DNA from: Candidatus Bathyarchaeota archaeon
Lineage (GTDB): Archaea; Thermoproteota; Bathyarchaeia; Bathyarchaeales; Bathycorpusculaceae
Assembly: GCA_963715865.1 (NCBI GenBank)
Contig: OY970280.1
Span: 1,376,001 to 1,440,000, forward strand
Length of the DNA stretch: 64,000 nucleotides
Reading direction: 5' to 3'
Shown piece by piece: positions 1 to 9,865 of the stretch. Below the pieces are notes generated by a model that was given only the letters and a program-made list of their open reading frames with translations, ran no database searches and was not told the DNA's origin. The first letter of the stretch is position 1. Each line of letters begins with the position of its first letter. Position numbers and translations under genes: made by a program.

Positions 1-371
1 GTGGTGATGGCTCCCGGCCCCACAAGAAGAGGTATAGCAATGGGAACTGCGCCTAAGCTCTCTGGAGACTCAACGTCCTCATGCATGCTGCCCGAGATCA
101 AAATTCTAATTGCAATAATTAGCAATAGAATGCCCCCGGCAACCTCGAAACTGTAAATCGATAATCCAAAAATCGTCAAAATCTCTTGACCAGTGAAAGC
201 GAAAACAAGAAGCAGAATAAAGCCGACGAGCGCCGCGGTGTTGTATACTTTCTTTTTCTGTGTATCTGCCATTTTTTCGGTTAAGCCCATAAAGATGGGA
301 ATGTTACCGAAAGGATCAACTATGATGAATAATGCTATAATGGCTTTAGCTAATTCTGAGATGAAATCCAA
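1..371 (-). CDS. MarC family integral membrane protein (3' end runs off the window)
   Basis: Manual translation of the minus strand from TTG at 371 gives LDFISELAKAIIALFIIVDPFGNIPIF...FEVAGGILL...LGAVPIAIPLLVGPGAITT, with the MarC motifs DPxGNIP and PxAIPLxxGPGAIT. Not in the ORF track because it is truncated. Confidence 0.85.
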   Translation of the reverse strand, partial: MDFISELAKAIIALFIIVDPFGNIPIFMGLTEKMADTQKKKVYNTAALVGFILLLVFAFTGQEILTIFGLSIYSFEVAGGILLLIIAIRILISGSMHEDVESPESLGAVPIAIPLLVGPGAIT

Positions 372-497
372 CCTAACATTCCCCAGACTCAATCATAGTC
401 TTGATGATGATTCGATAAAAACCTAACGGCACTGAGAATCAAAATTAACAAGTTATTGAGTTAAATAAGTCGTCGTTAAATAAATCAAGGTTCAAAA

Positions 498-1403
498 CTA
501 TATGATTTTTTGCCAGCTCGCAACAAAATCTAGGAATTCTTGCACCGGTTGGCCGCCGTAACTCCTTAGTCTTTCTCTAAGTTCAACCTTTTCAACTGCC
601 GCTTTCTGGAAATCCAAGATTTGGCTGGCGTTATCAGTCAGGTACAGGAACCCGTCGGCGCCTGCTCTTGCACAGCGAACACTGACGGTAAGCAATTCTG
701 CGGCTGATGGCACATCTTTAGGGTTATCGCCTGGACCGAAAACGTAAAAGCTAATGTAGAACGGCTTTTTCAGCAGCTTCTTGAAGCCGCGTGCAAGCGT
801 TTCCCAGTACCATGGTGTGGCATAGTTTTTGCTGAACATTACAACGTTGAAGGCGTCAGCGTACTTTGCAAAGTCGTCAAAGTCTACGCCGTAACGCTCG
901 TAGGAGCTTACTGGGTCAGGCTGAATGCACAAGACTAGTTCTTTCTTGACTTTTTCTCGGATTTGAGCAATGTAGTCAGTGACTTCTTTTCTGCGCCATT
1001 CAAGCCAGCTTAAGCCGCTTTTCTTCCATAGCTCGTTGCAGCGTGGGCAAATGCAGTGTCCATGGTCTGCAAAGTATTGGCTGTTCAACCATACGCCAAG
1101 CGAGCGCGTATCAACATCTGCTACGTAGTTTAATTGTTCAGCTCTGTGCTCAGGCTGAGTAGCACAGACAACATCCCAGTAAATGTTGTAGTTGTTGTTT
1201 CCCATTTTTGCTGGTCCCAGCGGTGACTGAGAAATCCAATCTGGATGATTGCATGCGGCAACATTGTCTGCGAAAACAGCAATGTTACTGTACATATCTT
1301 GCGCTGGTGAGAGTCTCATGCCAGTTTCTGGTTTAACGCGTAAAACATGGAAGTCAAATCCTTGAGCCTTTTCAGGTTGGAAAGTGTACGTACCAAATTT
1401 CAT
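498..1403 (-). CDS. Hypothetical protein, possibly a glycoside-hydrolase-like TIM barrel
   Basis: ORF 498-1427; likely start MKFGTY at 1403. Contains DHGHCICPRC and a LSWLEWRRKEVTDYIAQIR segment reminiscent of GHL10/DUF187-like proteins. Confidence 0.45.
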   Translation of the reverse strand: MKFGTYTFQPEKAQGFDFHVLRVKPETGMRLSPAQDMYSNIAVFADNVAACNHPDWISQSPLGPAKMGNNNYNIYWDVVCATQPEHRAEQLNYVADVDTRSLGVWLNSQYFADHGHCICPRCNELWKKSGLSWLEWRRKEVTDYIAQIREKVKKELVLCIQPDPVSSYERYGVDFDDFAKYADAFNVVMFSKNYATPWYWETLARGFKKLLKKPFYISFYVFGPGDNPKDVPSAAELLTVSVRCARAGADGFLYLTDNASQILDFQKAAVEKVELRERLRSYGGQPVQEFLDFVASWQKII

Positions 1404-1838
1404 CTTGTGCGCCTTTTTCAGTCGCAAAGAAGCGGTTGTTTCGTTATAAGGTTTTTGTGTAATGCAGAAAAACTGTTGGTTTTAATTTTAAACCTGATTT
1501 AAAGATAAAAAAACGCATTTGTTTATAATCATAAAAAACTTGATACCGTTGTGTAATGGCTATGTCTTGGTTTTTAATATGCTAATTTGTTTGTTCTATC
1601 GATTGTTGTGCAATTCTTTTAGCGATGGTTTTAACTTAAATCTGTAAATTTGTGCAAAGACAGTAGAAATCTGCTCTTTTTCCATGGGTTAAAAACTTTG
1701 AGTTACAGGTGGAATTTTGGACGCTTTTTTAGTATAAGGCCCTCATTTAAAGTAAAAATTGGATGAACATCATGTTAAGAGCTGATAATATAAACGATTG
1801 CATATAATAAAGGATAAATGTGTTTCATATGCGCATCT

Positions 1839-1846
1839 TTTAAATA
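1839..1846 (+). promoter_or_regulatory. Putative TATA box of amt copy 1
   Basis: TTTAAATA about 70 nt upstream of the ATG at 1916; the same octamer precedes amt copy 2. Confidence 0.5.
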
Positions 1847-1915
1847 TAACTATGCAATAGCTGTACAGGTAAAAAATAAATAGATAAACAAATGTCAAAA
1901 GAGGGCTGATGAAAA

Positions 1916-3190
1916 ATGGCAGCGGGAGACATAGCATGGGTCCTAACCGCAACAGCACTAGTCATGCTAATGACGCCGGCACTAGGATTCTTCTACGGAG
2001 GCCTAGTGCGAAAGAAAAACCTAGTATCAACAATCGTCCAATGCTTCGTAATATTCGCAGTCATAAGCATAGTCTGGGCACTCTGGGGCTACTGCCTTGT
2101 ATTCGGCACAAGCATCAACGGCTTAATCGGCTTCAGCCCAAGCTTAGTAGGCATGAGCGGCCTAGACATACACGCCGTTAATACGGCACTTGCACCACAA
2201 GTTCCTGAACTACTATACTTCGCATTCCAGTTGAAGTTCGCAGCCATCACACCAGCACTAATCATAGGCGCATGCGCCGAAAGAATCAGGTTCAAGTCAC
2301 TCCTCATCTTTATGGTGCTCTGGTCCACACTTATCTATGCGCCAATAGCCCACTGGGTATGGAACCCTGACGGGTGGCTCCGCACCTTTGGTGCCATTGA
2401 CTTTGCAGGCGGCATCGTCGTGCATATTTCAGCAGGCCTTTCAGCGTTGGCAGCGGCACTAGTGGTAGGTAGAAGGAAAGGGTGCGCTGTTCCATGGCAG
2501 AGTCATATGAAATCGTTAGATCAAAAAGCTAACGCAACTGAGTTTAAGCCAACAAACATTCCCTTTGTATTGCTAGGCGCAGCATTACTGTGGTTCGGAT
2601 GGTTCGGATTCAATGCTGGCAGTGCACTAGCCGCAAACGACTTAGCTGTCTCAGCGCTTGTAACTACAAACTTAGCAGCAGCCGCAGCAGCCGTAAGCTG
2701 GATGATGGCAGACTGGTTAATCAAGGGAAAACCATCAGCGGTAGGCATAGCAGTTGGCGCAGTAGTTGGATTAGTTGCTATCACGCCTGCAGCAGGCTAC
2801 GTCAACATATCATCAGCATTAATCATTGGCTTAGCAGCAGGAGTTATCTCAAACTTAGTAGCTAACTGGAGAGCAGGCAGATCACGAATAGACGATACGC
2901 TGGATGTGTTCGCATGCCACGGCGTCGGCGGAATATGGGGTTCAATCGCAACAGGACTATTCGCTTCTGGAGCTATCCAACTCGGAATAAACGGCGCGTT
3001 CTTCGGAAACCCAGCTCAACTGGTTGCTCAATTGGTAGCAGTTGCCGTGGTGGTGCCGTTTGCCTTCTTCGGTTCTTACTTACTGCTTAAATTGGTGAAC
3101 GTGTTCTCGCCGTTAAGAGTTAGCGAGGAAGCGGAAGATGCAGGTTTAGACCTGAGTGAACATGGCGAAGAAGCATACCAACTTGAATAG
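1916..3190 (+). CDS. amt: Ammonium transporter (Amt/Mep/Rh family), copy 1
   Basis: Motifs ALVMLMTPALGFFYGG, DFAGGIVVH, LLWFGWFGFNAGS, DDTLDVFACHG and C-terminal GLDLSEHGEEAY. Confidence 0.97.
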   Translation: MAAGDIAWVLTATALVMLMTPALGFFYGGLVRKKNLVSTIVQCFVIFAVISIVWALWGYCLVFGTSINGLIGFSPSLVGMSGLDIHAVNTALAPQVPELLYFAFQLKFAAITPALIIGACAERIRFKSLLIFMVLWSTLIYAPIAHWVWNPDGWLRTFGAIDFAGGIVVHISAGLSALAAALVVGRRKGCAVPWQSHMKSLDQKANATEFKPTNIPFVLLGAALLWFGWFGFNAGSALAANDLAVSALVTTNLAAAAAAVSWMMADWLIKGKPSAVGIAVGAVVGLVAITPAAGYVNISSALIIGLAAGVISNLVANWRAGRSRIDDTLDVFACHGVGGIWGSIATGLFASGAIQLGINGAFFGNPAQLVAQLVAVAVVVPFAFFGSYLLLKLVNVFSPLRVSEEAEDAGLDLSEHGEEAYQLE

Positions 3191-3225
3191 AAACGCCGTG
3201 TATAGCTAAGGCTAAACAGCTACAA

Positions 3226-3247
3226 TTTTCTTTTTTTATTTTATTTT
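3226..3247 (+). terminator. T-rich archaeal-type terminator after amt copy 1
   Basis: TTTTCTTTTTTTATTTTATTTT about 35 nt after the stop codon. Confidence 0.5.
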
Positions 3248-3440
3248 AGCAACCAATTTTTCACTCCACCAATATTTTTCAAAAAGCATTTGAATGTGTT
3301 AGCTCCAAAGGGCTTTGTTTTTGGACGCCTTTTCATAAAATCGATTATATCAAGGGAAGTTGTTGAAAGAATGCACTGATAGCAAGCACTTTTTTATTCA
3401 TTTATCCAGAATTATCGCTGTTATCAATGCGAATGTATAG

Positions 3441-3448
3441 TTTAAATA
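3441..3448 (+). promoter_or_regulatory. Putative TATA box of amt copy 2
   Basis: TTTAAATA about 60 nt upstream of the ATG at 3508. Confidence 0.5.
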
Positions 3449-3507
3449 TTAGTTTTGCCAAGATGCAAGAATAAACGAGCAGTAATAACGCTAGCGAAGG
3501 AACAAAT

Positions 3508-4791
3508 ATGGGAGCAGCAGACATCGCGTGGGTTCTAATGTCAACAGCTCTAGTCATGCTAATGACACCAGCCTTGGCTTTCTTTTACGGCGGCTTAGTT
3601 CGAAGAAAGAACTTGGTCTCTACGCTGGTCCAATGTATCATCATCTTTGCAGTGGTTAGTCTCGTTTGGTTCTTTTGGGGCTATAGCCTCGTTTATGGCC
3701 CCAGCGTTTATGGAATCATAGGCAACCTGTCTCTTTTCGGATTAAACAACATAAGCATAAATACCGTTAGCCCTTACGCGCCAGCTATTCCTGAAATACT
3801 CTTCTTCGCATTTCAGCTAAAGTTTGCCGCAATCACGCCAGCGCTCATCATAGGAGCATGCGCAGAAAGAATCCGCTTCAAGTCACTCCTCATCTTCGTC
3901 ATTTTGTGGTCAACCTTCATTTATTCACCCATCGCTCATTGGGTATGGAACGCCAATGGGTGGTTGCATGTCCTTGGCGCGTGGGATTTTGCAGGCGGCA
4001 TAGTCGTGCACATTGCTGCAGGATTATCGGCACTGGCAGCGGCGCTTATTGTTGGCAGAAGAAAAGGCTACGTTTACTGGAAGGACCAACTCAAAGCATT
4101 AGACCAAAAAGGCGAAAGTAAACCAGTACCCATGGGAACCGAGTTTAAACCAACCAACATTCCCTACGTGATTTTAGGCGCAGGCTTACTGTGGTTCGGC
4201 TGGTTCGGTTTCAACGGTGGCAGCGCATTAGCAGCCGATAACATTGCTGTGTCTGCCGTTGTAGCTACCAACTTGGCAGCCGCCGCAGCAGCCGTAAGCT
4301 GGATGCTACTGGATTGGGTAATCAAGGGTAAGCCTTCAGCAACAGGCATTTCAGTCGGCGCAGTGTGTGGTTTGGCAGCTATTACAGCGGCTTCTGGCTA
4401 CGTTAATTTTACTGCCGCGGTGATTATTGGTTTAGTTGCAGGAGTAGCTTCCAACTTGGTGGCTAACTGGCGAGCTGGCAGGTCAAGAATCGACGACACA
4501 TTAGACGTTTTCGCATGCCATGGAATCGGCGGCATGATTGGTGCAGTCGCAGTTGGCTTGTTCGCAACTGCTATGGTTAATCCTAGCGTTCAAGGATTAT
4601 TCTATGGCAACGCTGCTCTGCTGGGCATCCAAGTGCTTGCTGTTTTAGTCGTGTCTGCCTTCGCGTTTTGCGGGTCTTACTTGCTTTTGAGAGTGGTGGA
4701 CCTGTTCTCGCCATTGAGAGTGAGTCCTCAAGAAGAAGATGAAGGCTTGGATTTGAGCCAGCATGGAGAAGAAGCATACCACCTTGACTAA
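3508..4791 (+). CDS. amt: Ammonium transporter, copy 2 (tandem paralogue)
   Basis: Same Amt motifs as copy 1, including both pore His residues, and long identical peptide blocks shared with copy 1. Confidence 0.97.
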   Translation: MGAADIAWVLMSTALVMLMTPALAFFYGGLVRRKNLVSTLVQCIIIFAVVSLVWFFWGYSLVYGPSVYGIIGNLSLFGLNNISINTVSPYAPAIPEILFFAFQLKFAAITPALIIGACAERIRFKSLLIFVILWSTFIYSPIAHWVWNANGWLHVLGAWDFAGGIVVHIAAGLSALAAALIVGRRKGYVYWKDQLKALDQKGESKPVPMGTEFKPTNIPYVILGAGLLWFGWFGFNGGSALAADNIAVSAVVATNLAAAAAAVSWMLLDWVIKGKPSATGISVGAVCGLAAITAASGYVNFTAAVIIGLVAGVASNLVANWRAGRSRIDDTLDVFACHGIGGMIGAVAVGLFATAMVNPSVQGLFYGNAALLGIQVLAVLVVSAFAFCGSYLLLRVVDLFSPLRVSPQEEDEGLDLSQHGEEAYHLD

Positions 4792-4923
4792 CGCTTGCCC
4801 CTCAAACGTGACACCTTAAGCCTTGCTACCGAGCGGTAATTTTCAAGCGATAAGGAAGCGTAAAAGTTCCTAGCACTACTTTTTTATCCTAACTCTTAGT
4901 GATACAATTTAGAGGTTTTCAAT

Positions 4924-5526
4924 ATGAAGGTTGTTGCTTTTAATGGAAGCGCTCGTAAAAACGGAAACACCGCCATACTCCTAAAACGCGTCCTCAAAGC
5001 CCTCGAAGCAGAAGGCATAGAAACTGAACTAATCCAGCTTGCTGGAAAGCAAATCCGGGGCTGCACAGCCTGCAGAACCTGCTTCAAAACAAAAAATCAG
5101 CACTGTGCAATAACAGATGACAAAGTGAACGCCTACATTCAAAAGATGGTTGAAGCTGATGGCATAATCTTGGGGTCTCCCACATACTTTGGCATGATGT
5201 CCCCTGAAATGAAAGCGCTCATCGACCGCTCGGGCTTCGTAGCCAGAGCCACACCTGACATGCTAAAGTACAAAGTCGGAGCCGCAGTCGTTGCCGTCAG
5301 ACGCGCAGGCGGGATGACAACCTTCGACGCCATAAACCACTTCTTCTTGATTAACCAGATGATCATCCCAGGCTCGTCGTACTGGAACATTGGCATTGGA
5401 AACAAAAAGGGCGAAGTTGAAAAAGACGAAGAAGGCATGAAAATCATGGATGACCTTGGCAGAAATATGGCTTGGCTTATCAAAAAAATAAAACTTAAAC
5501 ATTCACTTCACCTAAAGAGAAGTTGA
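4924..5526 (+). CDS. Flavodoxin family / iron-sulfur flavoprotein (NADPH-dependent FMN reductase fold)
   Basis: N-terminal GSARKNGNT, CTACRTC...C cluster motif, GSPTYFG and RRAGG. Confidence 0.9.
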   Translation: MKVVAFNGSARKNGNTAILLKRVLKALEAEGIETELIQLAGKQIRGCTACRTCFKTKNQHCAITDDKVNAYIQKMVEADGIILGSPTYFGMMSPEMKALIDRSGFVARATPDMLKYKVGAAVVAVRRAGGMTTFDAINHFFLINQMIIPGSSYWNIGIGNKKGEVEKDEEGMKIMDDLGRNMAWLIKKIKLKHSLHLKRS

Positions 5527-5531
5527 TTGTT

Positions 5532-5765
5532 ATGTCCGAAAATAAAGCAGAAAGCTTTGAACACGAGAATCGGGGCGTGGCTTTTGTCGTCATGGCAATG
5601 TCGTTTAATATCGTCGGTTTGGGAAGTCTTGCTTTTGGGAATGTTCCAGTCGCAGGAGGGCTCTTGACTGGTTCTCTTGTCTTCATGATACTTTCACTGT
5701 TTTATTCGACAAAGGAATATAGAGAAATGAGGAAAAAACAGAAGAAAACTGTTCCGTCCATTTAG
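5532..5765 (+). CDS. Small hypothetical membrane protein (2 TM)
   Basis: ORF directly follows the flavoprotein gene; two hydrophobic segments and a basic tail. Confidence 0.55.
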   Translation: MSENKAESFEHENRGVAFVVMAMSFNIVGLGSLAFGNVPVAGGLLTGSLVFMILSLFYSTKEYREMRKKQKKTVPSI

Positions 5766-5806
5766 CGACGGCGCAACATAAGAAATTATGTTTATTTCAA
5801 GATGCC

Positions 5807-6475
5807 TTATTGCATTAGAAGTTCTACGCCAGGTATCTTCTTTTTCTCATAAATGATATCCATCAGCTTCGTGAATCCCGTGATCCAAGCCAAATATATT
5901 GCCCCGATGACCAGCCAAACAGGAAGCACAACATATGTTATATGGGCGATTGATTTACCTGCACTGACCAAGTCAAATAATCCCACGTATGCCAATGCAG
6001 CTGTACTTTTTGTAAGAGAACAGAATTCATTGGTCCATGAGGGAATAACTATCCTAAAAGCCTGAGGAAGAATGACGTGCCTGAGAGTTTGGGCTCTTGA
6101 CATTCCCGTCGACAGACCAGCATCCATTTGATCTTCAAATATGGTTTCAATGGCGCCTTTCACGTATCCTTTCTGGTAGCCGGCGCTGTTTAACCCAAAA
6201 ACCAAAAAAGCCGTAAGATAAGGGTCTATAGGGATGTGCGTTATAGTAGGCACAGTGTATTGGGCTAAAAATAGTTGAACGAATATTGGGCTTCCCCTAA
6301 AAAACTCCACATAAACCGCAATAACTCCCTTGGCAACTTTGTTCCCATAGATGTCTCCAATCGCCAGCAATGTCCCTATGCCTAATCCCAAAAAGACGCC
6401 GAACAGTGTAATCTCCACTGTCAAGAGAAGCCCTTGAAGGATCCAAGGAGCGAATTGGCTGACGAATTCAAACAT
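5807..6475 (-). CDS. Polar amino-acid ABC transporter permease
   Basis: YVEFFRGSP motif, EAA-like loop QMDAGLSTGMS and LPQAFRIVIP. Confidence 0.92.
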   Translation of the reverse strand: MFEFVSQFAPWILQGLLLTVEITLFGVFLGLGIGTLLAIGDIYGNKVAKGVIAVYVEFFRGSPIFVQLFLAQYTVPTITHIPIDPYLTAFLVFGLNSAGYQKGYVKGAIETIFEDQMDAGLSTGMSRAQTLRHVILPQAFRIVIPSWTNEFCSLTKSTAALAYVGLFDLVSAGKSIAHITYVVLPVWLVIGAIYLAWITGFTKLMDIIYEKKKIPGVELLMQ

Positions 6476-6479
6476 TACT

Positions 6480-7232
6480 CTATTCCCTTGTGGTTCTGTT
6501 TATTATTCTGGTCATGAATTTTTTAGCTCGCTCGCTGTGAGGACTGTTAAAGAAGTGTGCTGGCGTTCCAGTTTCCACGATAGACCCTTCATCGTAGAAA
6601 ATCATCTCCTCCGCGACTTCACGGGCAAACGGCATTTCGTGACTAACGATAAGCATAGTTGTTCCTTCTTTGGCAAGGTCACGCAGAGTATCGATGACTT
6701 CTCCGGTAAGTTCAGGGTCTAAAGCTGACGTCGGTTCATCTAGCAATATTATATCGGGGTTGCGGGCGATAGCGCGGGCTATGCCTATTCTTTGCTGTTG
6801 CCCCCCAGACATTTGGTTAGGATACTTATTCATGCATTCAATTACTTTCACTTCCTTTAGTGCAGCTAATGCTCGTGCTCTGGCTTCTTCTTTGGGCAGT
6901 TTAAGCACTTGCCTAAGTGCCAACTCTACATTCCCCAAGGCGGTAAGATGCCTGAAAAGGTAAATATGCTGGAAAACAAAGCCGATTCTCGCCCGCGCTT
7001 TATTTAGATCTACGCCAGGTTTAGTGAGGCATTGTTCGCCAAGGTAGATTTCGCCCTTATCTGGCAGGGTTAGCATTGCCATGCACCGCAGAAACGTGCT
7101 CTTTCCTGAACCACTGGGTCCAAAGATCAGTTTTATGTCGCCCTTTCTGATTTGCATGGAGACATTTCTTACTGCTTCAAGTTTTCCGTAGTTTTTGTAG
7201 ACATTTCTAGCTTCCATTACGAGGTCGGTCAT
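6480..7232 (-). CDS. Polar amino-acid ABC transporter ATP-binding protein (GlnQ-like)
   Basis: GPSGSGKST, MSGGQQQRIGIARA, LLDEPTSALDPEL and HEMPFAREVA. Confidence 0.95.
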   Translation of the reverse strand: MTDLVMEARNVYKNYGKLEAVRNVSMQIRKGDIKLIFGPSGSGKSTFLRCMAMLTLPDKGEIYLGEQCLTKPGVDLNKARARIGFVFQHIYLFRHLTALGNVELALRQVLKLPKEEARARALAALKEVKVIECMNKYPNQMSGGQQQRIGIARAIARNPDIILLDEPTSALDPELTGEVIDTLRDLAKEGTTMLIVSHEMPFAREVAEEMIFYDEGSIVETGTPAHFFNSPHSERAKKFMTRIINRTTRE

Positions 7233-7236
7233 TTTT

Positions 7237-7893
7237 TTACAATCCTATTTTTTTCTTTCTTTTGTTGCCCCATCGATCAAGCCATAAGGCAATTGGGAAG
7301 GTAAGTGCAATATACAAAAGGGCTGCAAACACAAATGGCGTTACAACGTCATATGGTGGAACGTTTTTGAGCCAAATAGATCGAGTCATGATCTCGGCTA
7401 AGCCGCCGATAACCCAGACATACGAAGAGTCCTTGATTAAGAGCGCATATTCGCTTCCTAAGCCTGGAGTTGAGAAAGTCAAAACTTGAGGAACCATAAC
7501 ATGCCATATTGCTTGCCACTTAGAACAACCAATAGATTGGGCGGCAATCATCTGCTCGTCTCCAACACCTCGAATTGCCCCTCTGAAAATCTGTGATTGA
7601 TTAGCTCCACTTCTTAAACCAAGAACAAACGCGGCGACAAAGAAGGCGTTACCGAACGGAAAGGGAAAATATAGGCCTAATCCAAAGAAAAAGAGTAGCA
7701 TCAGAACGATTTCAGGTATGCCTCTGAAGATTTTCTCATAAGCGTCCACAACAAAACTAACTTCGTTTTCGTACACTCTTATGAATGCAAGCGGCAAACC
7801 GATTGCTATGCCGGCTAAGAAAGAAATGATAGAAATGGAAAGAGTAAGGGGTACTCCTTCCAACAGGAAGATTAGCTCTTGCCATGCATCCAA
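7237..7893 (-). CDS. Polar amino-acid ABC transporter permease
   Basis: IFRGIPEIV, QMIAAQSIG and LIKDSS. Confidence 0.9.
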   Translation of the reverse strand: MDAWQELIFLLEGVPLTLSISIISFLAGIAIGLPLAFIRVYENEVSFVVDAYEKIFRGIPEIVLMLLFFFGLGLYFPFPFGNAFFVAAFVLGLRSGANQSQIFRGAIRGVGDEQMIAAQSIGCSKWQAIWHVMVPQVLTFSTPGLGSEYALLIKDSSYVWVIGGLAEIMTRSIWLKNVPPYDVVTPFVFAALLYIALTFPIALWLDRWGNKRKKKIGL

Positions 7894-7909
7894 TAGGGAT
7901 CACGTTTGT

Positions 7910-8743
7910 TTAAGCATGCCATTTTGCTCTGAGCTGATCTAGTTGTCCAGATTGAATGACTTGTGCCATGGCACCGTTGAACTTGTCAAGGAAGGTGTTG
8001 GCGTTTTTGTTAACTACAAATGCACATGGATAGTATGCATGGTCATAGACAATGCCGATATTTGTTCCCTGAGTCTGATATTGAGCAATCCACGCTGTTG
8101 TTATAGGTGTTTCAGCATAAACTGCCTGCACGCTTGGGTTGGCGCTTGCCATGTCTTGGATCGCTGAGGCGAAGTCATTCCATGACCTTATCGATACTCC
8201 TGCAGCTTGGAGTTCCTGTTGCTCAGTTGTTCCATCTTGCGTTCCAACAGTTAAGCCCAGATTTTTCAGGTCATGCAGTGAGGTTATGTTGGTTATTGCT
8301 AGCGAGTCGATTTTACTTTGGAGCATGATAACTTGAGCTCTTGTTGTGCTATGAGGCATTGTAAATGAAACTTGTGCAAGTCTATCTGGTGTCACTGAGA
8401 AACCGCTAACTCCCATGTCAAGTTTGTTCTGTTGGACTGACGTTATGATGTTATCGAAACTTACGCTTTGCCAATCAACAGTCAAATTAAGTTGAGCGGC
8501 AACGGCGTTCGTCAAGTCAACTTCGAATCCTACGATCTTATTAGTGCTATTGTCAAGTTGTTCGTAGGGTGGCCAACTTGGGTCTGTGCCGACTGTGATT
8601 ACTCCTGTTTTTTCAATATTGCTCCATACAGTGTCTGCCGTTGACGAGTTTTGCGCTACAAGAAACGGGCTAGAGACGAGACCGACAGCGAAGCCTACAA
8701 TGAGCATTATTACAACTAGACTTATGGTAATCATTTTTGCCAT
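7910..8743 (-). CDS. Polar amino-acid ABC transporter substrate-binding protein (family 3)
   Basis: N-terminal TM anchor, VGTDPSWPPYE, GFEVDL, SVTPDR and GTQDGTT. Confidence 0.92.
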   Translation of the reverse strand: MAKMITISLVVIMLIVGFAVGLVSSPFLVAQNSSTADTVWSNIEKTGVITVGTDPSWPPYEQLDNSTNKIVGFEVDLTNAVAAQLNLTVDWQSVSFDNIITSVQQNKLDMGVSGFSVTPDRLAQVSFTMPHSTTRAQVIMLQSKIDSLAITNITSLHDLKNLGLTVGTQDGTTEQQELQAAGVSIRSWNDFASAIQDMASANPSVQAVYAETPITTAWIAQYQTQGTNIGIVYDHAYYPCAFVVNKNANTFLDKFNGAMAQVIQSGQLDQLRAKWHA

Positions 8744-8843
8744 GTTTTTGTTTCTCCTAGCCCTCATATTTCGATGCTTTATATATTTAAGCTTAAGCCA
8801 TGCTCCAAAAAATGAAATTTTTGAGCAGGTTTCAAAAGTGAAG

Positions 8844-9734
8844 CTATTTTAAATTCACCGAGACGAGCGCTATTGCGATTACTATGAAGAAGGCTCCTAT
8901 GCTGGAGAACACGGTAACAGGCTCTTTCAACACCACGATGGATAGAATGACGGCAACCACTATTTCAGATAAAAGAAGAACTGTAGAAGTGGATGCAGAA
9001 AGATGCTTAAGCCCTTCCAGCCAGAGGTAGTATGGCAGAACCCAACAAACAATTGCCGTGTAAAAAATCGCCAACCATGCATACTCTGTCAAAGCAAAAA
9101 ACCTGGGTCCGGACAAAAGCGTGAAAGGCACAATTGTAAATAGTGTTAATACAAGCACCCAAGTCATAGACTGAAATGTCGCCGAAGTTGAATTCATAAT
9201 CAACTTCTTATTATAAACCATGAACAGCGCCCAAGCAACACCTGAACAGATAAGCATAAAGTCACCAACAAACTGCCCCGCGCCGAAAGTTGAAAAATCC
9301 AAGTTAGTGCTAACAAAGACAATACCCACCAAACCGAACAGCACACCCACAATTTTCTTCCGAGAAAAACTTTCACCCAGCAGCTTGGGGCTTAAAAGGG
9401 CAACCCACATGGCACTTAGGTTTATGAAAAGCGCAGCCTTCGCTGCAGTCGTATAATTCATGCCGACGTACTGAAGCAAGTAGCCTGCGCCATTTGCGAT
9501 TCCCAAAAAGGCGAGCAGTTTTTTGTCTGTTATTTTGAACTCGAGTTTTTTGAGAAGCAGCATGGTAAATAGCAATGTGACTGAGGCTACCAAAAATCGC
9601 CAGAAGACAAATGCAAACGGGTCAGTATACATTAATCCAATTTTGATGATTGGAAAGGAAGTGCCCCATAGGACGCCTGCCAATATGGTGAAAAAGACGG
9701 CTTTGCTTTTCTTGGTTAACAGTGGATTGGGCAA
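8844..9734 (-). CDS. EamA/DMT family transporter
   Basis: LWGTSFPIIK, ten hydrophobic helices and a duplicated EamA pattern. Confidence 0.9.
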   Translation of the reverse strand: MPNPLLTKKSKAVFFTILAGVLWGTSFPIIKIGLMYTDPFAFVFWRFLVASVTLLFTMLLLKKLEFKITDKKLLAFLGIANGAGYLLQYVGMNYTTAAKAALFINLSAMWVALLSPKLLGESFSRKKIVGVLFGLVGIVFVSTNLDFSTFGAGQFVGDFMLICSGVAWALFMVYNKKLIMNSTSATFQSMTWVLVLTLFTIVPFTLLSGPRFFALTEYAWLAIFYTAIVCWVLPYYLWLEGLKHLSASTSTVLLLSEIVVAVILSIVVLKEPVTVFSSIGAFFIVIAIALVSVNLK

Positions 9735-9865
9735 ACCGCTCGTCTCTCCTCGCTTTCCTCATAGGCAGGCTACGTAAATAAAGCATTTTTGCCGAGACAT
9801 GGATTACAGGCTTAGAAATATCATTATAAAAAAGCAGTCATCCGCCAAAAGGGGGGAGGAAGAGC

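Noticed and set aside
193-426. 77-aa plus-strand ORF from the track
   Set aside because: It is the antisense shadow of the minus-strand MarC gene. Most other short track ORFs overlapping long genes were rejected for the same reason.
1428-1915. NrpR operator upstream of amt
   Set aside because: No GGAA-N6-TTCC match was found upstream of either amt gene.
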